Shown here one piece after another: positions 50,607 to 60,168 of a stretch of 64,000 bases of DNA. The stretch is from an uncultured Dehalococcoidia bacterium (GTDB lineage Bacteria > Chloroflexota > Dehalococcoidia > Lucifugimonadales > UBA826). The notes under the pieces are model-generated. The model ran no database searches. It was not told the origin of the DNA and was given only the letters and a program-made list of their open reading frames with translations. The stretch lies in contig CAZRSW010000002.1 in NCBI GenBank assembly GCA_964602845.1, forward strand, positions 3,373 to 67,372. Direction: 5' to 3'. How positions within the stretch are numbered: the stretch's first letter is position 1; every line of letters starts with the position of its first letter. The translations under genes were made by a program, and so were the position numbers.

Positions 50607-51338
50607 CTACCCACGATAGTGTATACGTTTGAAAGCATCTGCTTGAGGCATACCTCGACCCTTGCCACGTTCACCTCGCCATTCCAACATCCTTTCCATC
50701 ACTTCCTCATAGGTCTGCCCACCCATTTGTGACACATGACTGGTCAATGCTCTTATAGATGTCTCCATATAATCACTAATGTCCACCCACAAGTCAGGCT
50801 CAGGATGTCCCATTATCCAAGCCTCCGAAACTTTGTGAGGTTCATATCCTTCCTCAACAAGTTCCGGGAAGGTCATATGGTCCCTAGCTGCTGGGAATAT
50901 AGCAGATAAAGCTGCTTCACCAGCCGCCATATGATCTGGGTGCCCGGAGCCCCAGCCACCGTCTAATACCCTCATAGGATATTGACACACAACCACGTTA
51001 GGTTTCTGCCTGCGAATTTCTCGCGCCAAATCTTTCCGTAACTGCAAAGTCGGTTCAAGATAACTATCTGGATAATCTAGAAATACCACATTGGAAAGTC
51101 CCAGAATCTCACCCGCTTTTGTCTGCTCAGCCTTTCTTGTACATGCTAATTCGTTTCCTGTCATGGATGAGTCGCTACTTCCTTTACTGCCATCAGTGCA
51201 CAGTACGTAAGCAAAATCCCACCCCTCGCTTACCAACCTGGCCACAGTACCGGAGCATCCATATTCTGCATCATCTGCGTGAGCAACAACGACTAATCCA
51301 CGACCATAATCCTTTGACCAATCATTAGAATGAGACAA
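50607..51338 (-). CDS. PIG-L/LmbE family deacetylase
   Basis: VVVAHADDAEYG (AHPDD-type zinc motif) and GHPDH. The TTG start is preceded by AAGGAGGG. Confidence 0.8.
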   Translation of the reverse strand: MSHSNDWSKDYGRGLVVVAHADDAEYGCSGTVARLVSEGWDFAYVLCTDGSKGSSDSSMTGNELACTRKAEQTKAGEILGLSNVVFLDYPDSYLEPTLQLRKDLAREIRRQKPNVVVCQYPMRVLDGGWGSGHPDHMAAGEAALSAIFPAARDHMTFPELVEEGYEPHKVSEAWIMGHPEPDLWVDISDYMETSIRALTSHVSQMGGQTYEEVMERMLEWRGERGKGRGMPQADAFKRIHYRG

Positions 51339-51742
51339 TTGCTCGTCCCTCCTTGTAATTTAAAACAATCTATTTCTATTTAATTCTTTCATAACCAGAT
51401 CTACAAATAACGTCCGTCATTCTAACAGAGCCTTATTCTTTCATAACAAGTTAACATATGGAACATCAACCATAATCCACCCCGCTTCCATACCTCTGGA
51501 AAAACATAATCAACCTTAGTTTAGTAGCCGACTGTCCATTGATCGATCAACAATTAACAAATTTAGCCTAGCAAAGTATCCCCATCTGTATACACACCTC
51601 CCCCGGATGTAAATTAGTCCAGTCATATACTCTGCCTATAGCGCGCTTCGAATCAAATTGCTATAATCCCGCCACGCTACCTTTTGGTTTGCGCAAGTCA
51701 ACTTATAATCCGGTAGAATTATGAATTTAGGAGGTACCAAGG

Positions 51743-52219
51743 ATGGGAAACAATAAAACTATCACCCTCACTATCAACGGGAAAGAACTTACCCATGATG
51801 TAGAGCCTAGGTTATTGTTGGTTCATTTCCTTAGAGAGAACCTAGATCTAACTGGTACTCACATAGGTTGCGACACGACGAGCTGTGGAGCCTGTACCGT
51901 TTTGATGGATGGTAAAGCTGTAAAATCCTGCACAATGTTCGCCGTGCAAGCAACAGGCAAGAACATCACCACCATAGAAGGCTTAAGTGAAGGGGAAGGG
52001 CTTCACCCGGTCCAAGAAGGCTTCTGGGAAAAGCATGGGCTGCAATGCGGCTTCTGTACGCCCGGCATGATTATGTCATCCGTCGCTCTACTTAACGAGA
52101 ATTCGAATCCGACTGAAAAGGAAATTCGGCATGGCCTAGCGGGAAATCTATGCAGGTGCACTGGGTATCACAACATAGTACTTGCCGTACAACACGCTGC
52201 AGAAAAGATGGCCAATTAG
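51743..52219 (+). CDS. (2Fe-2S)-binding small subunit of a molybdenum hydroxylase (CoxS/XdhC-iron-sulfur type)
   Basis: Two cluster motifs, C-x4-C-x2-C ([12 protein letters not shown]) and CGFCTPG ... CRCTGY. GGAGG lies upstream of the ATG. Confidence 0.9.
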   Translation: MGNNKTITLTINGKELTHDVEPRLLLVHFLRENLDLTGTHIGCDTTSCGACTVLMDGKAVKSCTMFAVQATGKNITTIEGLSEGEGLHPVQEGFWEKHGLQCGFCTPGMIMSSVALLNENSNPTEKEIRHGLAGNLCRCTGYHNIVLAVQHAAEKMAN

Positions 52220-52240
52220 ACTTTAGCTCGGAGGAATATC

Positions 52241-53098
52241 ATGATCACGGCACCATTTGATTACCATTCACCTAAATCCGTCACTGAAGCCGTTGCTCTT
52301 CTTGAGCAATACGGGAGCAATGCCAAAATCCTAGCAGGTGGCCAAAGCCTCATACCACTAATGAAACTGAGATTGGCTGAACCCGAAATCCTGGTCGATT
52401 TAGCAGATATCCCATCGATGTCATATATTCGAGAAAAGAACTCCGGATTGGCCATAGGGGGAATGACAACATACAAGGAAATAGAATCTTCAGGAATTCT
52501 ACCCAAGGCGCTTTCAGAAGCCGCCGGGCTCGTAGCAGATCCCCAAGTTAGAAACAGAGGTACAATCGGTGGGAGCTTGGCACACAGCGATCCAGCTGCT
52601 GATCTGCCGGCCCCAGTAATAGCATTGGGTGGTCAGATTATAGCCACTTCTAAGGACGGCGACCGGACCATACCATCTGAGGATTTTTTCACAGATCTTT
52701 TTTCAACAGCTCTAACTGACGAAGAATTAATAACAGAAGTCTTCATCCCAAAGCCATCGTCAGAAACTGGGACCGCGTATTGCAAGTTTGGGAATAAGGC
52801 GTCGCATTATGCCGTCGCAGGTGTAGCAGCGAGTTTGACTGTGGACAAGAGCGGTACATGCATTGGGGCACGGATCGGCGTTACTGGCACAGGTCCTTCA
52901 GCCTATAGAGCAATCAAATCAGAAACAATCCTCGTTGGAACGAAATTAGATCAAGATTCCATTCAAGAGGCAGGAGCTAGTATCCTCGAAAACACTCCTG
53001 TTAACGAGGATGTCCATGCATCCTCAGAGTATAGGGCTCATTTGACAAAGGTTTATGCTGTTAAGGCACTTGTATTGGCATCAAGCAGGGCAAAATAG
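52241..53098 (+). CDS. FAD-binding medium subunit of a molybdenum hydroxylase (CoxM-like)
   Basis: ILAGGQSLIPLMKLR and GTIGGSLAHSDPAADL motifs of the FAD_binding_5/CO_deh_flav_C family. Confidence 0.9.
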   Translation: MITAPFDYHSPKSVTEAVALLEQYGSNAKILAGGQSLIPLMKLRLAEPEILVDLADIPSMSYIREKNSGLAIGGMTTYKEIESSGILPKALSEAAGLVADPQVRNRGTIGGSLAHSDPAADLPAPVIALGGQIIATSKDGDRTIPSEDFFTDLFSTALTDEELITEVFIPKPSSETGTAYCKFGNKASHYAVAGVAASLTVDKSGTCIGARIGVTGTGPSAYRAIKSETILVGTKLDQDSIQEAGASILENTPVNEDVHASSEYRAHLTKVYAVKALVLASSRAK

Positions 53099-53186
53099 CC
53101 ACTTCATAGAGGACAAACGCTTTATAGACTTCATTAATTTCTAACTTACCGTCTCTAATAACTTGTTTGGAAATCGAACATAGAGC

Positions 53187-54911
53187 ATGATGGACCACAA
53201 CATGAGTAGCTTGAGCACTAGGGTTTCGTACACTAAATCGGAAGCCACATCAACTAACGGAATGGTCGCGACCAAGCACCACCTTGCGACGGAGGCCGGA
53301 CTAGAGATGTTGAGACTGGGTGGCAATGCCATGGACGCAGGGGTATCAGCATGTTTCGCAGTAGGCGTTGTAGAACCTGAATCGAGCGGTATAGGTGGTG
53401 GTGGCTACATGGTATTCCAAATGCAGGATCGCGGGGGAGTTATCGGTTTTCCCATGAAAGGACCTGTCGGAGCGAATCCAGACATGTACCAACTAACAGG
53501 CAGAAAGTCTGTTGGGACCTTCGGTTGGCCAGAGGTTTACAACGATGAGAACATCCATGGATATAAATCCATAGCAGTCCCCGGAACGGTTGCCGGTCTC
53601 ATTGAGGCACATAAACGGTTTGGGACGCTGCCTCTTCGGGAAGTTGTAGAACCAGCGATTTGCTTGGCACGAAAGGGATTTATCCCAGGATGGTTCACTC
53701 TATATAAATTCGCCAACCTTACCGCGATGCTAAAAAGGTACCGAGAGTTGGGAAACATTTTTATGCCCAACAACAATTTACCATTTGGGAACTTAGATAG
53801 TCCCCACACGCTGCGACAACCCGACTTAGCAGACGCTCTAGAATCCATTGCGAAGGACGGGTCAGATGCTTTTTATCTAGGTGACATCGCTGCCGCCATT
53901 GTAAATGACATACAAGCAAACGACGGAATTCTCACGAGGAAAGACTTAGAGGAATATAGAGTCTTATCATGGGAAGACGGATTACAATGCAGTTACAGAG
54001 ACAAGACCATCAGAGTACCCCCATATGCCTGCGCCGGTATAACAACCGCTATGACCCTCAAATTGTGGGAACATACTGGATTGTCTTCATACAATCACAA
54101 TTCCACGGACATGTTACATAGGTACATTTCTTGTGCACGATTAGCACACGCCGATCGATTTGAATACTTGGGAGATCCTAGGTTTGTTGATGCCCCTTGG
54201 AATGGACTAATGTCAAAGGAATACACACACCGCAGGCAACTTGAAATAGACAAGGACAATATTCCAATTTTTAAACCTGGTAATCCTTGGGTTGAAGAGG
54301 GGAGAGATCCCCAAACCACTTTTCACAGTAGTTCCCCACAACCTGACAATGGCACCACGCATCTTGCAGTTATCGACAACAATGGCAACGCTGTATCTAT
54401 AACAAACACCATTATGTCTGGTTTTGGTTCTGGAATTGTTCCCAAGGGTACAGGAATTATCATGAACAACGGTATGATGTGGTATGACCCTGTACCAGGT
54501 CGGATAAACTCGATTTTACCTGGAAAATACCCTCTAAACAATATGACTCCAGCCTTGGTGCTTGGGACCGATGGCGTTGAGATAGCTGTGGGCGCATCGG
54601 GAGGTCGCCGTATCACTAACTGCGTTTCCTCACTCATCATAAATATGGTCGACTACAATATGGGACCACAGGAAGCTATTGATGCACCTCGTGTTGATTG
54701 CAGTACTTCAAGCACCGATGTGGACGCTAGGCTAGACGGCGAAACCATCGTACAACTCCGCAATAAAGGTCACACCATAAGACCTGTGGGAGAAGCATTC
54801 ACACAGACTGGGTTTTCTTCTTTTGCCAGCCCAGTAGCCATTACAAGAAAAAAGAGTTCCTTGAAGGCCGGGGTTGACACATTTCACTCAGCCCACGCAG
54901 CCGGACTCTGA
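53187..54911 (+). CDS. ggt: Gamma-glutamyltransferase family protein (no signal peptide)
   Basis: GGNAMDAGV, GIGGGG, autoprocessing/nucleophile region DNGTTHLAVID, and GASGG. The N-terminus is hydrophilic. Confidence 0.9.
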   Translation: MMDHNMSSLSTRVSYTKSEATSTNGMVATKHHLATEAGLEMLRLGGNAMDAGVSACFAVGVVEPESSGIGGGGYMVFQMQDRGGVIGFPMKGPVGANPDMYQLTGRKSVGTFGWPEVYNDENIHGYKSIAVPGTVAGLIEAHKRFGTLPLREVVEPAICLARKGFIPGWFTLYKFANLTAMLKRYRELGNIFMPNNNLPFGNLDSPHTLRQPDLADALESIAKDGSDAFYLGDIAAAIVNDIQANDGILTRKDLEEYRVLSWEDGLQCSYRDKTIRVPPYACAGITTAMTLKLWEHTGLSSYNHNSTDMLHRYISCARLAHADRFEYLGDPRFVDAPWNGLMSKEYTHRRQLEIDKDNIPIFKPGNPWVEEGRDPQTTFHSSSPQPDNGTTHLAVIDNNGNAVSITNTIMSGFGSGIVPKGTGIIMNNGMMWYDPVPGRINSILPGKYPLNNMTPALVLGTDGVEIAVGASGGRRITNCVSSLIINMVDYNMGPQEAIDAPRVDCSTSSTDVDARLDGETIVQLRNKGHTIRPVGEAFTQTGFSSFASPVAITRKKSSLKAGVDTFHSAHAAGL

Positions 54912-54917
54912 ATATAT

Positions 54918-55877
54918 TTACCGCAATAAGCCTACCAACAAGCCTTCAAGATCAATATTCTCTTTCATGATCTCACGATATTGCAACAATTTCTCAGGAT
55001 GATCAAAGCGAGCATTACGTTGAAGGGCCCCCATTTCATTCATAACTTCTAGGGTATCCATATCTACAACAATAATGGGAACACACTCTTCCGAAGCCTC
55101 GTACTGCACATATTCTATCGGTTCGACCCCTCGAGTGAGAATGAAGCATGCTAGACTAGTCGATAGTGCAGACATTTGAACGTCGGGACGATCTCCCCGG
55201 ACTATTACAGCTTTGTTAATCCTCGTCGAGAAGGCATATTGACCGGGATCCATACCAAATCCACCTACCATATAATTTTCCACCAAACGACTAGCGTCAA
55301 CCTGATCTTCAATCAGTCTTCCTCCTAGGCCATCAACAATCTGTTGCACTGTTAAACTCAAAAGAGTGCGAATCTCCGGCAGAGTTCCCAGTAATTCGAT
55401 ACCCGCACTATCGAGAGCAGGTATTAATGAATTTTTCACTCCGGTATGACCATACCGAGTCTCATTATTCACAACCAGTCCATAAAGATTATGTCCGAAC
55501 GAGGTGGTAAATTTGATAGTCTCAGGCCCCAACATTTGACTGGCAACTACAATAACCTTTGCGTCAGTTTCTTCGGCAAAGCTCATGTGTTCAGCGAGTG
55601 TTAAAGTTGATGACCCTTCGATGACAACAACCTCACCTTCGGTTGTTAGGCGATCCACCTCACCAACCGCATCAATTAATGTTGCAACCGGAGACATACC
55701 AACTTCCAGATTCAATAAATCAGCGAAAATCAAGGAGTCTTGATCTTCTGGACTAGAAACAACAGGCTTGGATACAGATACCATGTGGCCATGATCTTTC
55801 ATGAAACTAGCCAGGGAAGCAACAAAAGCCGACTTGCCCATACCATCAGCCTCAGAAATTACATAAACGACGCTCAT
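54918..55877 (-). CDS. P-loop (BioD-like) + DRTGG domain protein, resembling the N-terminal regulatory module of Pta
   Basis: N-terminal SEADGMGKS P-loop and central VIVRGDRPDVQMSAL (DRTGG-type motif). No PTA_PTB catalytic domain follows. GGAGG lies 7 nt upstream of the ATG. Confidence 0.6.
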   Translation of the reverse strand: MSVVYVISEADGMGKSAFVASLASFMKDHGHMVSVSKPVVSSPEDQDSLIFADLLNLEVGMSPVATLIDAVGEVDRLTTEGEVVVIEGSSTLTLAEHMSFAEETDAKVIVVASQMLGPETIKFTTSFGHNLYGLVVNNETRYGHTGVKNSLIPALDSAGIELLGTLPEIRTLLSLTVQQIVDGLGGRLIEDQVDASRLVENYMVGGFGMDPGQYAFSTRINKAVIVRGDRPDVQMSALSTSLACFILTRGVEPIEYVQYEASEECVPIIVVDMDTLEVMNEMGALQRNARFDHPEKLLQYREIMKENIDLEGLLVGLLR

Positions 55878-55934
55878 CTAAAGGCCTCCGAACGATCCCT
55901 TGTGATTAGAGAAGACCCAACAACCACATACATA

Positions 55935-56123
55935 TCACTTCGTCCGACGTCGTCGTAACCTACGTATACTCCTCTGTCTCTCAAGACGAGACTGTTCACC
56001 TTTTGATCGAAAGAACCTTCGATTGCGCAGCTCTCTCAAAATCCCAGATCTTTGCATCTGAGTCTGGAATCTTTTGAGGAGTGCTTCCGCATCCTCTCCT
56101 TCGCGCAGTGTCACTAATGACAA
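55935..56123 (-). CDS. rpsU: 30S ribosomal protein S21
   Basis: The sequence (M)SLVTLREGEDAEALLKRFQTQMQRSGILRELRNRRFFRSKGEQSRLERQRSIRRLRRRRTK parallels E. coli S21 ([38 protein letters not shown]...). TTG 56123 is preceded by AGGAG with a 7-nt spacing. The track start 56213 adds 30 unlikely residues. Confidence 0.85.
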   Translation of the reverse strand: MSLVTLREGEDAEALLKRFQTQMQRSGILRELRNRRFFRSKGEQSRLERQRSIRRLRRRRTK

Positions 56124-56358
56124 ACCAATATCTCCTAAATGTACTTCCATCCCACCTACAAGAGCTTGAAACGATCCAACAGACCAATTCCAATGGGTAT
56201 TCGATTCTAACATAAGTCCTATACTACATCCATATCATATGTGACAGTCATGGCAATAACCGGCCATTCGATTCAAATCCTGCGAGCTTGCTTGAAGCCT
56301 ATCAAAGTTCTAAGATCTTCATGTATTGCTCGAAACCTAAGCCTAACTAGGAGTGCGA

Positions 56359-56877
56359 ATGCCAAGTCCATCACACGAGTTTACACATATTTCCCGGTTT
56401 GAACCGGAAACTTTCGGCGAACCAGGAAACAGAACTTTTTCCATAAATGCAGAAAGTCAAAGTAGCACAGCAAAAATATGGTTAGAAAAAGAACAACTTG
56501 CTGAACTTTCACTAGCAATTTTAGAGCTAGCTAAAGACACACCTGAACTTGGCCGAAATCCGGGATCTGGACCTATCCATCTTGAGGCATCTCCATTAAC
56601 ACACCTCGATTTCAAAGCTAACCAGCTAGCCTTTGGCCATAACTCCGAACAAGATCTTTTTATAGTAGATGCTTATGACCCAGATGACATCAACTCCGAT
56701 GAACCGACCGTTCGAATGTGGGTAGAACGCAAACTCATACAAAGTTTCGCAGAAATGGCCCTAGAAATCGTCGCTGCTGGTCGCCCGATTTGTCCTCTTT
56801 GCACAAAACCAATCGATCCCTCAGGACATTATTGCCCACGCACCAATGGTCATTCTAAACCAAAAACCATAATTTAA
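56359..56877 (+). CDS. DUF3090 family protein
   Basis: FGEPGNRTF ... LEKEQL ... and the C-terminal CPLC-x10-HYCPRTNGH Cys/His cluster. ATG 56359 is preceded by GGAG with a 5-nt spacing. The track start is GTG 56353. Confidence 0.7.
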   Translation: MPSPSHEFTHISRFEPETFGEPGNRTFSINAESQSSTAKIWLEKEQLAELSLAILELAKDTPELGRNPGSGPIHLEASPLTHLDFKANQLAFGHNSEQDLFIVDAYDPDDINSDEPTVRMWVERKLIQSFAEMALEIVAAGRPICPLCTKPIDPSGHYCPRTNGHSKPKTII

Positions 56878-56915
56878 CCCTCCCCTTATTTCTTATACTC
56901 CTGCAGGACAACAAC

Positions 56916-57704
56916 TTGAACAGGCCAAAAGACATAGATCCAAGGGAAATGTTTCCTATACCGAAATTGCCCCTACTTAAATTACGACCTAACGAGACCC
57001 ATAAACTCTTACAAGATGGGATTTTCTTAGGTGGACACACCATGCCATGGGGTTCAAACTACACTTTTATGCTGTGGTTATCCGAATGGGAGGAAAAAGG
57101 CAACTGTATACGAGTTATATACAAACCAAGAGATGGCGAAAGGCCCCTCAGTGACTTTCGCCAAGGAACACTGTTCCAACGTGAATACGCAGCATATCTT
57201 TTGAGCCAAGAGCTAGGATGGCCAAATGTCCCTACTACTCTTATAAGAAATGGTCCATATGGGATTGGTTCAATGCAACTCTACGTCGACTGCGACCCTC
57301 GAATTACATATTTTGATATGCGAGATGACATGGGGAGTGAATTGGTCAGATTGGCGACTTTTGACTTACTAGTAAACAACGGGGACAGAAAGGCTAGCCA
57401 CTGTCTTTTAGATAACAACTCGAACATTTGGTCCATCGACCATGGACTTACGTTTCACACTGACTTCAAGTTGAGGACAGTGATGTTGGAATTTTGCGGG
57501 AAATCCATACCTCTCTCCCTATTATCAGATCTAAAATCATTGTTGGGGCGTCTTACTGAAGACACACCCCTGCGGCAAGAGTTGAGTGGATTGATCTCTG
57601 ACAAGGAGATATTAGCACTAATACACAGACTACAATATATTCTCAAAATCCCCATATTCCCTATACTAGACCCCAACCGTAACATTCCATGGCCTCTAGT
57701 CTAA
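56916..57704 (+). CDS. SCO1664 family protein (PI3/PI4-kinase-like fold)
   Basis: GSNYTF, VIYKPRDGERPLSDFRQGTLFQREYAAYLLSQELGWPNVPTT, NNGDRKASH and SIDHGLTFH. The start is uncertain (TTG 56916 or ATG 56949). Confidence 0.7.
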   Translation: MNRPKDIDPREMFPIPKLPLLKLRPNETHKLLQDGIFLGGHTMPWGSNYTFMLWLSEWEEKGNCIRVIYKPRDGERPLSDFRQGTLFQREYAAYLLSQELGWPNVPTTLIRNGPYGIGSMQLYVDCDPRITYFDMRDDMGSELVRLATFDLLVNNGDRKASHCLLDNNSNIWSIDHGLTFHTDFKLRTVMLEFCGKSIPLSLLSDLKSLLGRLTEDTPLRQELSGLISDKEILALIHRLQYILKIPIFPILDPNRNIPWPLV

Positions 57705-57870
57705 CCAAGATGTATTCTGTGCCTACGTTACCTCGGCTAGGATCTAGGATAGATATTGACCAAAGAAATTTTCATCAAGGCCAGTAACATTTATTATCAT
57801 ATAAAGCAGATTATATTGTTGATTGATCTCCAACTAAGAGACTACAATTGTGCAAGATCCTATCGATTTC

Positions 57871-57960
57871 GGAGGGTTGGCCGAGCGGACGAAGGCACCA
57901 GTCTTGAAAACTGGCATATCCTAACGGATATCGTGGGTTCGAATCCCACACCCTCCGCCA
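57871..57960 (+). tRNA. tRNA-Ser (anticodon UGA), long variable arm, CCA encoded
   Basis: Acceptor GGAGGGT/ACCCTCC, anticodon arm CCAGT-CTTGAAA-ACTGG, variable arm ATATCC-TAAC-GGATAT and T arm GTGGG-TTCGAAT-CCCAC. Discriminator G, followed by CCA. Confidence 0.95.
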
Positions 57961-58008
57961 CCTTAAACAACATAGCAAACTAGGGTATCCTAAGTTTGGA
58001 GAGAGCCA

Positions 58009-59166
58009 ATGAAACTTCACGAACATCAAGCTAAGAAAATTTTTGCTGCACACGGAATACCTATTCCGCTGGGTAAAGTCGCCACAACGCCGAGTGAAGC
58101 AGCTGCTGCGGCTTTCGACCTCGGGACCCCAGTAATAGTGAAAGCACAAATACATGCGGGAGGCCGTGGTAAAGCTGGGGGTGTTAAAATCGCGAAAACC
58201 CCTGGTTCCACTGAAACAACCACCAGATCTATGTTAGATAAGGGCCTTATCACAGAACAGACAGGCTCGGACAAAGTAATAGTAGAATCCGTGTTGGTGG
58301 AAGAGAGTTTACAAATCAGTGAAGAGCTATATTTAGCCATGGCAATCGATGGATCATTAAAAAGGATCGTAGCAATATCTAGTAAATCCGGAGGAATGGA
58401 TATTGAGAAAGTAGCGCATGATACCCCCGAAAAGATCTTTGTAGAACCGATTGATCCCGGCATAGGGATCCAAAGCTACCAATGCCGAAACATCGCATAT
58501 AAATTGAACATTCCAGACAATTTAGTTCGACCATTTGTTCAGCTTACTCAAAACTTATATTCGGCTTTCATAAGTACTGATGCCTCATTGGCTGAAATCA
58601 ACCCTCTTGTTATTACATCTAATAATACTCTTGTCGCTGCCGACGCTAAGCTTGACTTGGATGATGACGCCCTATTTCGACACAGTGAGCTTAGTGGATT
58701 AAAAGACGCGAACCAAGAAGATCCATTGGAATTACTAGCAAATAGTTTCAACATTAACTATGTCAGACTAGACGGGAATGTAGGCTGCATTGTCAACGGT
58801 GCAGGACTTGCTATGGCAACCATGGACGTCGCAAGTGCAGCAGGAGCACATCCAGCTAATTTTCTCGATATAGGAGGTGGAGCTGATGAAGTTAAAGTCT
58901 CAAAGGCCCTTCAACTGGTACTTTCCGATGAAAGGGTACAAGTGGTCTTAGTTAACCTCTTCGGCGGAATTCTCAGATGTGACGTCGCCTCCAAGGGATT
59001 CCTCTTAGCGGCCAACGAAACACAGACAACAATGCGCCCCATGGTAGTCCGTATGCTAGGAACCAATGCTGATGAAGGACGACGATTATTGTCCAATTCT
59101 GACCTAGATCTAGTCTTAGTTGATACTCTGGAACAAGCGGCTACCGCAATCAAAACCTTTCTATAA
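58009..59166 (+). CDS. sucC: Succinate--CoA ligase (ADP-forming) beta subunit
   Basis: MKLHEHQAKKIF N-terminus, ATP-grasp region, and NGAGLAMATMD and NIFGGI-type motifs. Confidence 0.97.
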   Translation: MKLHEHQAKKIFAAHGIPIPLGKVATTPSEAAAAAFDLGTPVIVKAQIHAGGRGKAGGVKIAKTPGSTETTTRSMLDKGLITEQTGSDKVIVESVLVEESLQISEELYLAMAIDGSLKRIVAISSKSGGMDIEKVAHDTPEKIFVEPIDPGIGIQSYQCRNIAYKLNIPDNLVRPFVQLTQNLYSAFISTDASLAEINPLVITSNNTLVAADAKLDLDDDALFRHSELSGLKDANQEDPLELLANSFNINYVRLDGNVGCIVNGAGLAMATMDVASAAGAHPANFLDIGGGADEVKVSKALQLVLSDERVQVVLVNLFGGILRCDVASKGFLLAANETQTTMRPMVVRMLGTNADEGRRLLSNSDLDLVLVDTLEQAATAIKTFL

Positions 59167-59194
59167 TTTACCCACGAGGAGATGATTAACACCA

Positions 59195-60076
59195 ATGAGC
59201 ATACTGGTTGATAGAAATACCCGCCTACTAGTTCAAGGTATTACAGGGAAAGAAGGCAGTTATCATGCATCTCGATGCGCGGAATACGGCAGCAACCTCG
59301 TTGCGGGAGTAACTCCCGGCAAAGGAAATCAGGTTTTCCGCGAAACAATACCCATTTTCGACTCTGTTCAACAAGCCATTGACCAAACAAAGGCCACCGC
59401 TTCCTTAATCTTTGTACCTCCAGCGTTCGCTTCAGATGCAGTCATAGAAGCGGTGGATGCAGGGATAAAGATCATAGCTTGCATCACAGAAGGGATTCCA
59501 GTGCAAGATTCGATCAAAGTTATGCACTACATCAAGGACAAGGACGTGACACTCATCGGGCCAAACTGCCCGGGCATAATATCACCTGGAGAGCACTTCA
59601 AAATGGGGATCATGCCTGGACACATCCACAAGCCTGGTCGCACAGGCGTTGTCTCAAGAAGTGGCACGCTCACTTACGAAGCCGTTAAACAACTCTCGGA
59701 TTTGGACATTGGGCAATCCACATGCGTTGGAATCGGGGGAGATCCTGTTTCAGGGGCCACTTTCACGGAAATCCTAAGAGAGTTTCAAGATGATGATGAC
59801 ACAGACAATGTCGTGATGATTGGAGAAATTGGAGGTACCAAAGAACAAGAAGCAGCTGAGTATATCAAAACCAATTTCTCTAAACCTATCGCAGCATTAA
59901 TCGTTGGACAAAGTGCTCCTGAAGGCAAACGTATGGGCCACGCAGGAGCCATCATAACGGGATCCCATGGCAAGGTTAGTGAGAAAATTAAATCCCTTGA
60001 ATCTGCCGGCGTTGCCATTATCCCAACACCAGGCTCTATAGGCACAACTATGGAGTCCCTCCTAAGTCATCCCTAA
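59195..60076 (+). CDS. sucD: Succinate--CoA ligase alpha subunit
   Basis: VQGITGKEG, SRSGTLTYE and the phosphohistidine loop GHAGAII. Confidence 0.97.
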   Translation: MSILVDRNTRLLVQGITGKEGSYHASRCAEYGSNLVAGVTPGKGNQVFRETIPIFDSVQQAIDQTKATASLIFVPPAFASDAVIEAVDAGIKIIACITEGIPVQDSIKVMHYIKDKDVTLIGPNCPGIISPGEHFKMGIMPGHIHKPGRTGVVSRSGTLTYEAVKQLSDLDIGQSTCVGIGGDPVSGATFTEILREFQDDDDTDNVVMIGEIGGTKEQEAAEYIKTNFSKPIAALIVGQSAPEGKRMGHAGAIITGSHGKVSEKIKSLESAGVAIIPTPGSIGTTMESLLSHP

Positions 60077-60154
60077 ATATCTCCATTGGTCTTAAACACA
60101 TCAGTTTCTCGCCAGATATGCTTGCCAAAAACGATGCCATGCTTCCACTAATTA

Positions 60155-60168
60155 GAACATATGTGTTG
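60155..60168. promoter_or_regulatory. Degenerate Cheo-type (GAAC-N4-GTTC) SOS-box candidate upstream of recA
   Basis: GAACATATGTGTTG lies 86-99 nt upstream of the recA ATG. The left half-site and the ATAT core are perfect. The right half reads GTGT instead of GTTC. Confidence 0.25.

Noticed and set aside
57756-58155. Track ORFs 57756-57983 (+) and 57811-58155 (-)
   Set aside because: They overlap tRNA-Ser(UGA) and the 5' end of sucC. They are shadow frames without ribosome-binding sites.
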